Assembly: GCA_040776945.1 (NCBI GenBank)
Contig: JAXGZN010000001.1
Location: 1,042,720 to 1,106,719, forward strand
Direction of reading: 5' to 3'
Length of the DNA: 64,000 nt
Source: Methanomassiliicoccaceae archaeon
Lineage (GTDB): Archaea; Thermoplasmatota; Thermoplasmata; Methanomassiliicoccales; Methanomassiliicoccaceae
The translations under genes and the position numbers were made by a program. Of the stretch, positions 9,733 through 20,524 are shown piece after piece. Each line of letters starts with the position of its first letter. Position 1 is the first letter of the stretch. Below the pieces are notes generated by a model, which was given only the letters and a program-made list of their open reading frames with translations, did no database searches and was not told where the DNA came from.

Positions 9733-10290
9733 ATGAAAGTAGCGATATTCACTGAGGACCTGTACGAGGACGTGGAGTTTTGGTATCCATTCTATCGCCT
9801 TAAAGAGGCAGGACACCAGCCGGTGGTCATCGGCTCGGGGCGGAAGGAGGTCTTTCAGGGGAAGCACGGCGTTCCCAACAGGGCCGACCTGTCCATCAAG
9901 GAGGCCCGGTCCTCGGACTTCGATGCCGTGATAGTGCCGGGAGGTTACGCTCCGGACAAGATGCGGATGTATCCCGAGTTCGCTCAGATGGTCCGTCTCA
10001 TGTATGACGAGGGAAAGCTCGTCGCTTCCATCTGCCACGGGCCGTGGGTCCTGGCCTCGGCGGGCATCCTCAGCGGCCGCAAGGTCACCTGCTGGTCATC
10101 GCTCAAGGATGACATGATGAACGCCGGCGCCCGGTTCCTGGACCAGGAAGTGGTCATCGACGGGAACATAATCACATCACGGATGCCCGACGACCTTCCC
10201 GCCTTCATGAGCGAGGTGCTCCGTCACCTGAGCTCTGGGCGGGACGCTCAGGCGGCGCGCATGGCCGCTGCGTCTGCGACCGGCCGCTGA
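9733..10290 (+). CDS. pfpI: PfpI/DJ-1 family protease/deglycase
   Basis: YEDVEFWYP, FDAVIVPGGYAPDKMR, ASICHGPWVL, TSRMPDDLPAF. Confidence 0.9.
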   Translation: MKVAIFTEDLYEDVEFWYPFYRLKEAGHQPVVIGSGRKEVFQGKHGVPNRADLSIKEARSSDFDAVIVPGGYAPDKMRMYPEFAQMVRLMYDEGKLVASICHGPWVLASAGILSGRKVTCWSSLKDDMMNAGARFLDQEVVIDGNIITSRMPDDLPAFMSEVLRHLSSGRDAQAARMAAASATGR

Positions 10291-10368
10291 GCGGGTGACA
10301 GATTTAAGTTGTCCGGGACCATTAGTGCCCTGTCAGCACGCTCCGCAGCGTCCTTAACAGGTGATACG

Positions 10369-11178
10369 ATGAGCAAGAGGTTCGGCTTCATAGGCGCCGG
10401 CAACATGGCCGAGGCGATGATGAAAGGCATGATATCCGCAGGCGTATGTTCTCCCAGCGAGCTGATCGCCAGCGAGGTCGTCCCGGAACGTAGGGATTAT
10501 ATCGCCCGCACGCTGGGGATATCGGTCACGGCCGACAACGTAGAGGTGGTCCGGGAGGCCAACAACGTCGTGCTGGCGGTGAAGCCGAACATCGTTGCCC
10601 CGGTGCTCGACGAGCTCAAGCCAATGCTTGGATCCGACCACCTGCTGATATCCATCGCCGCCGGCACAAAGATATCGTTCATCGAGGCCCACCTGAACTG
10701 GGGGGTTCGTGTGGTAAGGGTCATGCCCAACCAGCCCTGTCTAGTCGGTGCATCGGCATCGGCCTTTGCCCTCGGCCGATCGGCCAAGAGAGAGGACAAG
10801 GACACCGTGCAGAAGGTGCTCGAGTCCGTAGGCGTCGCGTTCGCGATGGAAGAGAAGCTTTTGGACGCGGTCACCGGACTATCGGGAAGCGGCCCGGCAT
10901 ACATCTACATGGTGATAGAGGCCCTCGCCGACGGCGGCGTTCTGGCCGGTCTCCCCAGAGATGTTGCGCAAACCCTCGCCGCGCAGACGGTGTTCGGCGC
11001 AGCGAAGACGGTCCTCGACATAAAAGGCCATCCGGCCCAGTTCAAGAACATGGTGGAGTCGCCGGCAGGCACGACCATCGAGGGCATCAGGGTCCTGGAG
11101 GAGGCCGGGGTCCGCGGCGCGTTCATCGATGCGGTGGATGCGGCCGCCAAGCGGTCCATCGAGCTTGGCCGGAGCTAA
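10369..11178 (+). CDS. proC: Pyrroline-5-carboxylate reductase
   Basis: [38 protein letters not shown]. Confidence 0.95.
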   Translation: MSKRFGFIGAGNMAEAMMKGMISAGVCSPSELIASEVVPERRDYIARTLGISVTADNVEVVREANNVVLAVKPNIVAPVLDELKPMLGSDHLLISIAAGTKISFIEAHLNWGVRVVRVMPNQPCLVGASASAFALGRSAKREDKDTVQKVLESVGVAFAMEEKLLDAVTGLSGSGPAYIYMVIEALADGGVLAGLPRDVAQTLAAQTVFGAAKTVLDIKGHPAQFKNMVESPAGTTIEGIRVLEEAGVRGAFIDAVDAAAKRSIELGRS

Positions 11179-12902
11179 CCGGAGCGAGGCTTGCGGCGGA
11201 ACATGAGGGCATACATCGCCCTGGGTATGCTCCGGAACACGCTGGGCGAGTCCCATTCGAGGTCCCGCTTCTGACAGATGGTCGATTCCATGAGATCCTC
11301 GCCCCTCTGCTTTAGCCGGGCAAGGGTCTCCTCCCTCGATGCCGCGTCCTGCAGCCGCATGGCGCTTTCAACTTCCTTCATAAGCTGGCGGGCGTCCTTG
11401 GACCTTGCTTCCCGGAGCCTCTTCTCCTCGACCGTCATAAGCCCGACCTCGACCCTGACATCGTTGAGGCGGTCCGCTGCGTCATAGGACGCCTGGACGA
11501 TCTGGTCACGGCTAAGGTTAAAGGTCTCATATGACAGCACATCGCGCCAGTTGGGGCTCTCCAGCCTGGAACGGTGCTCTTCAAGTGTGCGAGCGAAGAG
11601 GCGGTAGCCGAACCGCTCAGGGCTCTCGAAGGCCATGCTGCCCGGGTCCAGGAAGGGCGCCAGGGGCGATGTGTACACCAGAAGGCGCTTGTCGTTGTTG
11701 TTCTGAGAATACAGCTTCCGGGTGTATTCCGCCGACCCGATCGCCGAGCCCGAGGTCTGCTCAGGAAGGCCGATCATGAAGAACATATCGAACCGCTGGC
11801 AATCGTTCGATAGCGCGGCGGTGATGCTCTTTTCCATGGAGGTGTTGTCGAACCTGCGCCCCAGCGCATAGCGGACCTTCTCCTCGTGCGAGTCAGGCGA
11901 GAACTGAATGGAATATCGGTGGAACGTCCTCTTCGCTTCCTCGAAGAACGAGGGGGGCGCGGGGGTGAACAGCTCTAGGACCACGTTGCCGTCCACTCCG
12001 AGCTCGCGGCACCGGCGGAAGAACCGTTCCGCATAGTCGTCCCCTTTCTGCCTGACGTCGCCGACCACGAAGACCGGCGCATCGATGTACGCCTGTACAT
12101 CCGCGATGTCTTGGGCCACCTTCTCCGGGCTGCGGAACGCCGGTCGAGAACGGCCGAGGACCCGACCCATCGCCCCGCAGCTGCCGCCGCACACCGCGCA
12201 GCACTGGCTGCAGCCGCGTACGGTGAACACGGCGGTAAGGGGATATCGGTCCCAGTCCTTGAAGGGCTTCGCCCCCTTGAGGTCCCGGTGCCGGATGACC
12301 GACCTGATTATCCACCCATAATCGATCTCCAGGTGATCGAGGTCCTCAGGCACGTGAGCCATGGGGTTCACGATGGTCCGCCCGTCCCTCTTCCAGGTCA
12401 GGTTGGGGACCTTCGAGAGATCATCGCCCTTCTCCAAGGCGGCCATCAGCACCGCCAGCGGCTCCTCGCAGGAATCGCCCCGCAGGACCATGTCCGCCTG
12501 TGGATAGTTGATCAGTTCCTCTTGGAAGTAGGAAGAGGAGAAACCTCCGAACAGCACCTTGGAATCAGGGTGCAGCCGCTTCACCATCTCCGCGATGGCC
12601 AGGGCGCCATGGGCATGCGGAAGCCAATGAAGGTCGATGCCGAAGACGTTTGAGCGCAGCCTGCCGATGAGGGCCTCCACGTCCAGCCTGCGGTCGTTCA
12701 GCATCATGCTCGCGAGGTTGATTATCCGGACCCTGTATCCGTCGCGGTCCAACCGATTGGCCATGGTGGTGAACCCAAAGGGATACATCTCGAAGACCGG
12801 GGTGGACGGCACCAGATCGCTTACCGGTCCGTAGAAGATGGAGCGCTTCCTGAAATCATAGACGCTGGGAGCGTGCAAGAAGATGATGTCTTCCTTGTGC
12901 AT
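11175..12902 (-). CDS. B12-binding domain / radical SAM protein (resembles the TIGR04190/Ta0216 family)
   Basis: N-terminal [10 protein letters not shown]...[10 protein letters not shown] and [13 protein letters not shown]; CxxxCxxC in [13 protein letters not shown]; LAPFLDPGS. Confidence 0.8.
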   Translation of the reverse strand: MHKEDIIFLHAPSVYDFRKRSIFYGPVSDLVPSTPVFEMYPFGFTTMANRLDRDGYRVRIINLASMMLNDRRLDVEALIGRLRSNVFGIDLHWLPHAHGALAIAEMVKRLHPDSKVLFGGFSSSYFQEELINYPQADMVLRGDSCEEPLAVLMAALEKGDDLSKVPNLTWKRDGRTIVNPMAHVPEDLDHLEIDYGWIIRSVIRHRDLKGAKPFKDWDRYPLTAVFTVRGCSQCCAVCGGSCGAMGRVLGRSRPAFRSPEKVAQDIADVQAYIDAPVFVVGDVRQKGDDYAERFFRRCRELGVDGNVVLELFTPAPPSFFEEAKRTFHRYSIQFSPDSHEEKVRYALGRRFDNTSMEKSITAALSNDCQRFDMFFMIGLPEQTSGSAIGSAEYTRKLYSQNNNDKRLLVYTSPLAPFLDPGSMAFESPERFGYRLFARTLEEHRSRLESPNWRDVLSYETFNLSRDQIVQASYDAADRLNDVRVEVGLMTVEEKRLREARSKDARQLMKEVESAMRLQDAASREETLARLKQRGEDLMESTICQKRDLEWDSPSVFRSIPRAMYALMFRRKPRSG

Positions 12903-12953
12903 GCGGTCACCTCATGGCCCTACCGGCTAAGGTCGGTCGCTACAAATAGGTTG

Positions 12954-13769
12954 TCATTTCCCGAACCTTCGCTGCCGGAGCTGGTACGAGCGTATGGCGC
13001 GCAGGAAGTCGATCTTCCTGAAGCCTGGCCAATATACGTCGGTGAAGTATAGCTCGGCATAGGCCAGCTGCCATAGCAGGAAATTGGAGATCCGCTCCTC
13101 CCCGGACGTTCTAAGTATTAGATCGGGGTCGGGGAAGTCTGCGGTGTACAGGTAGTTGGAGAAGGTCCGCTCATCTATATCGCCCACCTCCAGCTGGCCG
13201 TCCTTGACCTTCTGGGCGATCTGTTTGATAGCCTGGATTATCTCCTGACGGGAGCCGTAGGCGGTGGCGATGTTATAATAATAACTGGAATAGCCAGCGG
13301 TCCTCTTCTCGGCGTAGTCGATGGCCTCCTTGACGCTCTCAGGCAGCAGGTCCTTCTGTCCCAGCACGGTGACCTTGATCTTATGGCGGTGGACGCGCTC
13401 GTCGTCCCCCAGGCGATAGAAGTTCTCCTCGAACAGCCTCATCAGGCTCTCGACCTCATCGGTGTCCCGCTTAAGGTTCTCGGTGGAGAACGCATACACC
13501 GTGAGCACCTTGATCCCAAGTTCCATGCACCAGTCCAAGAGCTCCTCCAGTTTGTCCTTTCCCTTGGCGTGCCCCTCGGCGGCGGTAAGCCCGAACTCCT
13601 TGGCGAAGCGCCGGTTGCCATCCATGATCACCGCCACATGGTTGGGCATCTTGCTCTCCCGGACCTCCTTCATCAGGCGCTTCTCATATGTATTATAGGC
13701 GGTGCTGGCTATGACCCTGGATATCTCGTTCTTTATCGCCTTGCCCTCTTCCCCGTTGTCTTCGGACAT
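12954..13769 (-). CDS. uppS: cis-prenyltransferase (undecaprenyl-diphosphate synthase)
   Basis: HVAVIMDGNRRFA, YAFSTENLKR, PDLILRTSGEERISNFLLWQ, RRFG. Confidence 0.95.
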   Translation of the reverse strand: MSEDNGEEGKAIKNEISRVIASTAYNTYEKRLMKEVRESKMPNHVAVIMDGNRRFAKEFGLTAAEGHAKGKDKLEELLDWCMELGIKVLTVYAFSTENLKRDTDEVESLMRLFEENFYRLGDDERVHRHKIKVTVLGQKDLLPESVKEAIDYAEKRTAGYSSYYYNIATAYGSRQEIIQAIKQIAQKVKDGQLEVGDIDERTFSNYLYTADFPDPDLILRTSGEERISNFLLWQLAYAELYFTDVYWPGFRKIDFLRAIRSYQLRQRRFGK

Positions 13770-13791
13770 GACGTTACCAGAAGCCCTATGG

Positions 13792-14745
13792 TTATCGAAG
13801 TTCGTCCTCGGGCAGCGCGGCCGCTTCAAGGCCTAGGTCGAAGCACCCTATTCCCGCGACCGCGCCGATTGTGCCGCGCTTTCCTGTGACCTCGATCAGT
13901 TGCACGCCGTTGCGCTCCGCCACTTCCCTTGCATCTGCGATCTTGAAGATCTCTTTCTTGGCCCTTCTGCCGTAATCGGTGACCTCCGCGGGCACCCTGA
14001 GGCCCTGGAAGACCGCCAGGGTGGTGTTATCGCTGTATGTATGCTCTTTGATGAACTTAACAACCTGCTCCGTGAGCTTGGGAACATCGCTCTCCGCGAC
14101 GGCAAAGGAGACGCCCACCGCGACGCAGTTGGTGGTCTTCTCCGGAACGTTGGGGTTCAGCTGCACGATCTTATGCTCCAGATAGTGGCCGCACTTGATC
14201 TCGCGGGCCATCTGCAACATCAGGACCCAGGAGGCCCCCTTCTCCTTGGTGTCCGTATCGTCCACGGCATAGATGACCCGTACCAGCTTGGGGGTCACCA
14301 CGCTCACTTCCACGCGGTGAGCGCCCCCGATCTTGGCATCATCGGCATACACGGCCTCGATGGTCCCGGGGCCTTGAGGCATGCACGCCCCTATACCCAC
14401 ACTGGCCCCTGCCAGTCCGACCCAGGTCGTTATCACGCGATCGCCGTCCACCCTCAGAGCCTTGAGCCCCTGCCCGCCCACGTCCTTGGACGCCGGGCCG
14501 AAGCTGACCTCCCGTTCCCCGATAATGGCTTCCATGATCAGGGTAGTGCCCTCAACTCGGACATCGGTAATCGCACCGCCGGCCCTCCGGCGGTTGGCCG
14601 CATCCCACTCCACCGGCCCCTTGGCGATGCACTCCTCTATGATGGTGGCCACTCCGTTCTTCTCATCAACCAGGGTATAGATGCCCTTGCAGAACAACTT
14701 TCCATACTTGCTGGTTATCTGGTCTGGTGTCAACACAACGGACAT
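13792..14745 (-). CDS. Methanogenesis marker protein 11 (TiaS N-terminal-like)
   Basis: GPVEWDAANRRRAGG, GLAGASVG, VDDTDTKEKGASW, HKIVQLNPNVPEKTTNCV. Confidence 0.8.
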   Translation of the reverse strand: MSVVLTPDQITSKYGKLFCKGIYTLVDEKNGVATIIEECIAKGPVEWDAANRRRAGGAITDVRVEGTTLIMEAIIGEREVSFGPASKDVGGQGLKALRVDGDRVITTWVGLAGASVGIGACMPQGPGTIEAVYADDAKIGGAHRVEVSVVTPKLVRVIYAVDDTDTKEKGASWVLMLQMAREIKCGHYLEHKIVQLNPNVPEKTTNCVAVGVSFAVAESDVPKLTEQVVKFIKEHTYSDNTTLAVFQGLRVPAEVTDYGRRAKKEIFKIADAREVAERNGVQLIEVTGKRGTIGAVAGIGCFDLGLEAAALPEDELR

Positions 14746-14834
14746 GAGGACATGCTCTCCAGGGTAACGGCCTTTAATACTGATTTCTGTAAAAAGACTT
14801 TCCGTAGCCGCAGGGCCTACCGCCTCTGCCATGT

Positions 14835-15677
14835 TCAATGGTCCAGGAACCCGACGTTCCTGGTCTGGAGATCGCTAAGGTCCAGCAGTCTCGGCCGCCC
14901 CATCCTATCACGGAACAACATGTGGCGGCCCTTGATGCCCATCACCTCGCCTCGATGCGCTCCGGGGGTCGGAACGGATAGAGGCGGTGACCTAGGCAGC
15001 TCCCTCACCGGATATCGGTCCAGGAATATGATCTCCGCCTTGGCCGGCTCTTTCCACCTTGAGATGCGCTCCAGATAGTGCTCGTGAACGTGCCTGATGG
15101 CCTCCGCGGAGGGTTTCCCCGTCCAGGCCTTCGTGAACCTGGCGGCCCTGATCTCCTGAGGGATCTTATATCTCCTGGAGGTCTCCTTCTCCAGGGTCCT
15201 CGCCTCCTTTCGGTCCTGGCACTCGAACAGCGGCCGGACGGCGTCCGCCCCCTGCTCTATCGCCCTCTCCTTGAGCCTGGATGCGCTGGTCATGCCCACC
15301 TTGATCAAGTTGCCGAAGGAGGCGAGGTACACCACGTGCCTTCGGGAGCAGAACTCCGGCCGATCGCAAAGACCGCCGTCGCACCGGGGCTCGAACACAC
15401 AGCCGAGGACCGGTATCCACGGCTCCGCGCAGGCCTGGCAGGTCTCGAACCTTCCTACCGCCCTCTGCGCCGGGCAGGGCTGATATCCATGCTCGCTGAA
15501 ACGGCCGACGCAGGTCCGCCCCTCGCCCACCGCCAGGGCGAGGCGGTCCAACGGTAGCTCGTCCACCTTGCGCGCCGTACGGTCATAGAGCAGCAGATGG
15601 GGATCGAAACCATCCCAATGAAAGGACAGGACGTGCTTGTCCAGCGTGACCTCGGCCTTCCGGTCGGAGCGCTCCAT
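14835..15677 (-). CDS. DUF2797-like protein
   Basis: Cys-rich N-terminal part; HVVYLASFGNLIKVGMT...ERAIEQGAD; C-terminal GEVMGIKG. Confidence 0.7.
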   Translation of the reverse strand: MERSDRKAEVTLDKHVLSFHWDGFDPHLLLYDRTARKVDELPLDRLALAVGEGRTCVGRFSEHGYQPCPAQRAVGRFETCQACAEPWIPVLGCVFEPRCDGGLCDRPEFCSRRHVVYLASFGNLIKVGMTSASRLKERAIEQGADAVRPLFECQDRKEARTLEKETSRRYKIPQEIRAARFTKAWTGKPSAEAIRHVHEHYLERISRWKEPAKAEIIFLDRYPVRELPRSPPLSVPTPGAHRGEVMGIKGRHMLFRDRMGRPRLLDLSDLQTRNVGFLDH

Positions 15678-15723
15678 GCACAAGGAGTGAGCGTGAACGA
15701 TAATCAGATTTTCGGTAGGAGGT

Positions 15724-16389
15724 TCAGCTCTCTGCCTCGTTCATCTCCTCTTCCTCCGCGCGGTGAAGGAACTCTGCGGGAACCTCTCGTACCAAGTAAA
15801 CTGTACGTGCCGCACGTTGGACCTCCACCCCTGAAGCGATAAGGCTGGCCGTATCGATCTCCAGTATTATTGGCTCCTCCGTCCGCACCTGCCCAGCCTT
15901 GACCGCGTCGGCATAGGTCTTAGACAGATGCACCATTTTGCGGTCCGAGGGCTTGAGGCCGGTCTCCAGGATGATGTCCGCCTCCTCTGGCGTCGTAGGA
16001 TAGAAAAGGGCCCTTGGGATGTTGTCCGTCGGCAATCTGAGGTCAAGGTTCAGCGAGTGCCCGTACGTCGCTCGGATCAGGTCGTTGCTCACCTGATATC
16101 TGCCCTTGGGGTCGGTCTCGATGAGGGCGATGATGTGGTGGGGCCGCAACCAATGATACCTAGGATTGTACTTCTTTACCGCGGCGATGAAGTCACGGAG
16201 TGGGACGAAGCCCTGGTCGTCCATTCTAAGGCTGAACTTGTCAGGGAAATGGCGTAGAGCTCCGGCCATGGTCCTCCCGATGCGCTCCAGCTCCTCATCG
16301 CTCATCAGGAACCTGCCTTCCTCGCCGCAAACCGGGCATCTCTCACCCCGGAAGTAGCCATGCTCAGTGCACTCTCTCAGCATCTTCAT
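15724..16389 (-). CDS. kptA: RNA 2'-phosphotransferase (Tpt1/KptA)
   Basis: N-terminal Zn ribbon CTEHGYFRGERCPVC; LRHFP, KGRYQ, IRATYGHS, RKMVHLS. Confidence 0.92.
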   Translation of the reverse strand: MKMLRECTEHGYFRGERCPVCGEEGRFLMSDEELERIGRTMAGALRHFPDKFSLRMDDQGFVPLRDFIAAVKKYNPRYHWLRPHHIIALIETDPKGRYQVSNDLIRATYGHSLNLDLRLPTDNIPRALFYPTTPEEADIILETGLKPSDRKMVHLSKTYADAVKAGQVRTEEPIILEIDTASLIASGVEVQRAARTVYLVREVPAEFLHRAEEEEMNEAES

Positions 16390-16492
16390 GGGGTATGAAC
16401 GAGAATTGTTAATAGTTTTGCATGGACCGAACGAGCTGAACCATATCGGCGGAAAAATAATCTTCTAATATTATTATAAATGACTACGAAAA

Positions 16493-16510
16493 TATATAGA
16501 AATCTATATA
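16493..16510. promoter_or_regulatory. Inverted repeat in an AT-rich divergent promoter region
   Basis: TATATAGA-AA-TCTATATA. Confidence 0.4.
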
Positions 16511-16535
16511 CGGGTCCTGTTATCAAGCATGTACG

Positions 16536-17150
16536 ATGTTCGGGTCAGAGACCGTTCCATCTAGCGCCCCGCTTAGAAGCGGCGGGAATGCATCTGGACA
16601 CATAAGAGCGTTGCCATCCCAGCTGATACGTTGGTTGTCGGTGGACCGCGCGACCATGGGCCGGGCCTTCCGGGGGAACAGGCCATCGGACCGCTCCATG
16701 CGTCCAGGCAGCGTGCAGGTGATGCTTCCCTCTTCGCCGCTCGTTCCTGACAGCTTGTTCACAGCAAGCATGGGGCCGCTTCCCCGCGAGGACATCATCG
16801 GAGAGTTCACCGACCTCTTTCGAGACGCTTGCCGGAGGAAGGACCCTGAAGTGAGGTCGGAGTCTGCACTGTGGTTCTACTCCGATCCGCGCAATTTCGA
16901 CCAGTCGTCCATCGGAGGCATCGTCCCTTCGGCCGTCTCCCCCAGGACCAGCAGGGTGTCAGCAGGTTCGCTGGTCATATTGGGCGGGCCTCCAGAGATC
17001 CAAGGCCTGCAGGTCTTCGGGACCATCGAGGTCCTGGGCCCCGGCGATGAGGTATACGAGTTCCTCTTGCAGGCGGAAAGACTTTTTATGAAGGACGAGG
17101 CCACCGCTCGTTGCTCCCCCGGCAGCGCTTTACTGTTCCGCGTAGGTTGA
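16536..17150 (+). CDS. Hypothetical protein, possibly a degenerate split-barrel (PNPOx-like) fold
   Basis: 204 aa ORF after an AT-rich promoter. The C-terminal SLVILGGPPEIQGLQVFGTIEVL...YEFL...ALLFRV pattern resembles archaeal PNPOx-like proteins. Confidence 0.45.
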   Translation: MFGSETVPSSAPLRSGGNASGHIRALPSQLIRWLSVDRATMGRAFRGNRPSDRSMRPGSVQVMLPSSPLVPDSLFTASMGPLPREDIIGEFTDLFRDACRRKDPEVRSESALWFYSDPRNFDQSSIGGIVPSAVSPRTSRVSAGSLVILGGPPEIQGLQVFGTIEVLGPGDEVYEFLLQAERLFMKDEATARCSPGSALLFRVG

Positions 17151-17189
17151 ACACGAACGCCGGAGGAAGGCTCGAGGCCGGTCATGGGG

Positions 17190-18080
17190 TCAGCGCTCGA
17201 TCCCGGCGGCGCGGCAGGCCGCCGTGACGGTGTTCTTCATCAACATCACTATGGTCATCGGACCAACGCCCCCCGGCACCGGAGTTATCGCGGAGGCCTT
17301 GACCGATACCGCATCGAAGTCCACGTCCCCGACCCACCGATAACCTCTCTTGGCCGAGGGATCGTCCACCCTGTTGGTTCCGACGTCGATGACCACTGCC
17401 CCCTCCTTGATCATGTCCGCGGTGATGAACCCCGGGGACCCGATGGCAGCCACGACAATGTCCCCTGTACGCACGATATCGGCCAACCCTCGAGTGCGGG
17501 AATGGCACACCGTGACCGTGGCGTTCGCGCCCTTCTTCTTCTGCATGAGGATGGCCGCAAGGGGCTTTCCCACTATGTTGCTGCGGCCGACTATGACCAC
17601 GTGCTTCCCATCGGGATCGTTCCCGGAGCGCAGCAGCATCTCCTGGATGCCGCTCGGTGTGGCCGGCAGGAACACTGGATCGCCTATGAGCATCCTGCCA
17701 ACGTTGATGGGGTGGAACCCATCGGCATCCTTTGACGGGTCGATGCGCATGATCACCTTGTTCTCGTCGATATGTTTCGGGAGAGGCAGCTGAACCAGGA
17801 AGCCGTGGATAGCAGGGTCCGAGTTCAGTTCGTCCACCGCGTTAAGCACATCGGCCTCGGAGGCATCGTCCGGCAGAAGGACCGTGCGGGAGTGGAGGCC
17901 GAGCTCCTGACAAGCCTTGACCTTGTTGCGCACATACTGCTGCGAGGCCGGGTCCTCCCCCGCCAGCACCACTGCCAGCCCGGGGACGGTCCCCCTCTCC
18001 TTAAGTTGTGCGATCTTGACCCTGAGCTCCTGCCTTATCTGTTCCGCGACCTCTGGACCGTGTATGACCTTCGCAGCCAT
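17190..18080 (-). CDS. folD: Methylene-H4folate dehydrogenase/cyclohydrolase
   Basis: YVRNK, VQLPLP, KDADGFHP, VGRSNIVGKP, VIDVG, TPVPGGVGPMTIVMLM. Confidence 0.96.
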   Translation of the reverse strand: MAAKVIHGPEVAEQIRQELRVKIAQLKERGTVPGLAVVLAGEDPASQQYVRNKVKACQELGLHSRTVLLPDDASEADVLNAVDELNSDPAIHGFLVQLPLPKHIDENKVIMRIDPSKDADGFHPINVGRMLIGDPVFLPATPSGIQEMLLRSGNDPDGKHVVIVGRSNIVGKPLAAILMQKKKGANATVTVCHSRTRGLADIVRTGDIVVAAIGSPGFITADMIKEGAVVIDVGTNRVDDPSAKRGYRWVGDVDFDAVSVKASAITPVPGGVGPMTIVMLMKNTVTAACRAAGIER

Positions 18081-18737
18081 TTGCCAAACCTTCTCGGAGT
18101 AGTGGTGAGAGGGGCTATAACCTTGGCGATGACCGGCGGTCTTTTGGCCGGCCGATCCCTTGCCATTCCGAGACTTGGGGCGGTGCATCGCCGAGGTTTC
18201 GGCAAGGACTTGGAAGAGCAATACCTATGCCGCCCGCATTGAGGGACCATATCGCGGGGACGCCTCTCCCCATCACCGGCCCGGCCAAATTAGGTTCAAA
18301 AGATCGATCGGACGCTGGCGGTGGTTGCCATGGAGAACATCACCGTCATCGTGCGGCCCACGCCGCTCCGTCGCTTTCCGCCCGCCCGGCGGTCGACAAT
18401 CCCAGTGCGAACATGATCGACCCCGCGATCGCCGAGAGGAACGAGAACATCGTCGCTGCAGGAATGCGGGTCGATGCGCACTATACAGAAGGCCGGTTCG
18501 ATCGGGGCGCTGGTCACAGCGTCCCAGGGGGCATCATTGTCACTTTCTCCTATGGGAGCGCCGATCGAGCGCTCAGCGACAATGACCTGGCCATCGATCG
18601 ATCTTTACCCGGACCGGTGGAACAGTGCCGGTAAGAGGCCCGGCCCGCATGGGGCCTGGATGGGGCAAGGACCGCCAAGACCTCTACGGCCGCTCCCACG
18701 TCCCGAACGGTTTTTAAGTCTCCCTTGACTTCCCCCG

Positions 18738-20429
18738 ATGACCAAGATGAAGGCCGACATCGATATTGCCCAGGAGGCCATCGTGCGCCCGATAGAGGAG
18801 GTGGCCGCCGCCATGGGTCTGTCCAGGGACGACCTGGAGCTGCACGGACGTTACATGGCCAAGGTCCCGCTTTCCGTCCTGCGCCGAATGGACGACCGCG
18901 AGGACGGGAAGCTTGTCCTGGTGACCGCGATCACCGCGACCAAGGCCGGGGAGGGGAAGACCGTCACCTCCATCGGCCTCATGGAGGCGCTGGGACACAT
19001 CGGCGTGAAGGTGATGGGCGCTCTGCGGGAACCGTCCATGGGTCCGGTGTTCGGCATCAAGGGCGGCGCCACCGGGGGAGGTCTGGCGCAGGTCTACCCC
19101 ATGTGGGACATCGACCTGCACTTCACCGGGGACATCCATGCCGTGACCTCCGCCCACAACCTGCTCTCGGCCATGGTGGAGAACCATATAGCCCACCGCA
19201 ACGAGCTGGAGATCGACCCGACCAGGGTGGTATGGAAGAAGGCGATCGACATGAACTGCCGCGAGCTGAGGGACATCGTGGTGGGCCTAGGCGGACGCAC
19301 TGTGGGAGGGGTTCCGCGAGAGAGCGGGTTCTTGATCACCGCGGCATCCGAGATCAGCGCCATCCTTGCATTGGCCACCTCCATGGACGACCTGAGGTCG
19401 CGGCTTGGACGCATGGTCGTCGCGTACAACGTCCGGGGAGAGCCGGTCCGCGCCTCGCAGCTGGAATGCGTCGGCGCGATGCTGGTGCTGCTGAAGGATG
19501 CCATCAAACCCAATCTGGTGCAAACGCTGGAAGGCCAGCCCGTGTTCGTGCACGGCTTCCCATTCGCCAATATAGCTCACGGCAGCAACAGCCTGCTGGC
19601 CACTAGGTACGCGCTGAAGATGGCTGACGTGGTGGTCACCGAGGGAGGCTTCGCCTCCGACCTGGGGGCGGAGAAGTTCTTCGACATCGTTTGCCGACAG
19701 GCGGGTTTCAGGCCGGACTGCGCGGTCATTGTGGCGTCGATAAGGGCGCTGGCGATGCACGGGGGGGCGTGCCTGGACGATGCCGTCACCTGTGAAGGAG
19801 CGGACCTGGCCTCCCTGCAGAAAGGCTTCGCCAACCTGGACAAGCACATAGAGAACATCCGCAAGTATGGCGTGCCTGCGGTGGTCGCCCTCAACCGATT
19901 CACCACAGATGCCGAGGAAGAGATAGAGGCGGTCCGCGAGCATTGCGCAGAGCTTGGGGTGCCCTGCGCCGTCTCTGAGGTCTATTCGCTGGGAGGCAAA
20001 GGAGGAAGGGACCTGGCCGAGACGGTCATGCGCGTCCTGGGAACACAGCGCAGCGACTTTCGCCCGCTCTACGATACCGCCCTGAGCATCGAGGAGAAGA
20101 TACGCCTCATCGCCACCGAGATCTACGGGGCCAAGGACGTGAGGTACGTCGGCACCGCCAAGAGGGACATTAGAGCGATCGAGCTTGCCGGGAACAACAA
20201 GCTGCCGATATGCATGGCCAAGACCCAGCTTTCCATCACCGACGATCCGAAGCTGAAGGGCGCTCCCCGGGGGTGGACCCTCACGGTGAAGGAGGTCATA
20301 GTGGCCGCCGGGGCAGGGTTCGTGATCCCCCTATGCGGGGACATCATGCTCATTCCCGGACTGCCGTCGGAACCGTCGGCCAAGCGGATCGACCACACCG
20401 ATGATGGGCGTATCGTCGGGCTGAGCTGA
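18738..20429 (+). CDS. fhs: Formate--tetrahydrofolate ligase
   Basis: AGEGKTVTSIGL, REPSMGPVFGIKGGATGGG, LHFTGDIHA, FPFANIAHG, DLGAEKFFDI, CMAKTQLS. Confidence 0.96.
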   Translation: MTKMKADIDIAQEAIVRPIEEVAAAMGLSRDDLELHGRYMAKVPLSVLRRMDDREDGKLVLVTAITATKAGEGKTVTSIGLMEALGHIGVKVMGALREPSMGPVFGIKGGATGGGLAQVYPMWDIDLHFTGDIHAVTSAHNLLSAMVENHIAHRNELEIDPTRVVWKKAIDMNCRELRDIVVGLGGRTVGGVPRESGFLITAASEISAILALATSMDDLRSRLGRMVVAYNVRGEPVRASQLECVGAMLVLLKDAIKPNLVQTLEGQPVFVHGFPFANIAHGSNSLLATRYALKMADVVVTEGGFASDLGAEKFFDIVCRQAGFRPDCAVIVASIRALAMHGGACLDDAVTCEGADLASLQKGFANLDKHIENIRKYGVPAVVALNRFTTDAEEEIEAVREHCAELGVPCAVSEVYSLGGKGGRDLAETVMRVLGTQRSDFRPLYDTALSIEEKIRLIATEIYGAKDVRYVGTAKRDIRAIELAGNNKLPICMAKTQLSITDDPKLKGAPRGWTLTVKEVIVAAGAGFVIPLCGDIMLIPGLPSEPSAKRIDHTDDGRIVGLS

Positions 20430-20524
20430 TCGCCGCTCGGCGCCCATGGCCCCGCCTTCGCGTGGACAACGGCGTGCGGTAGTCGCGAAGGGACATGCGC
20501 CAATCTGTGGCGGCTAGGTCTCAG

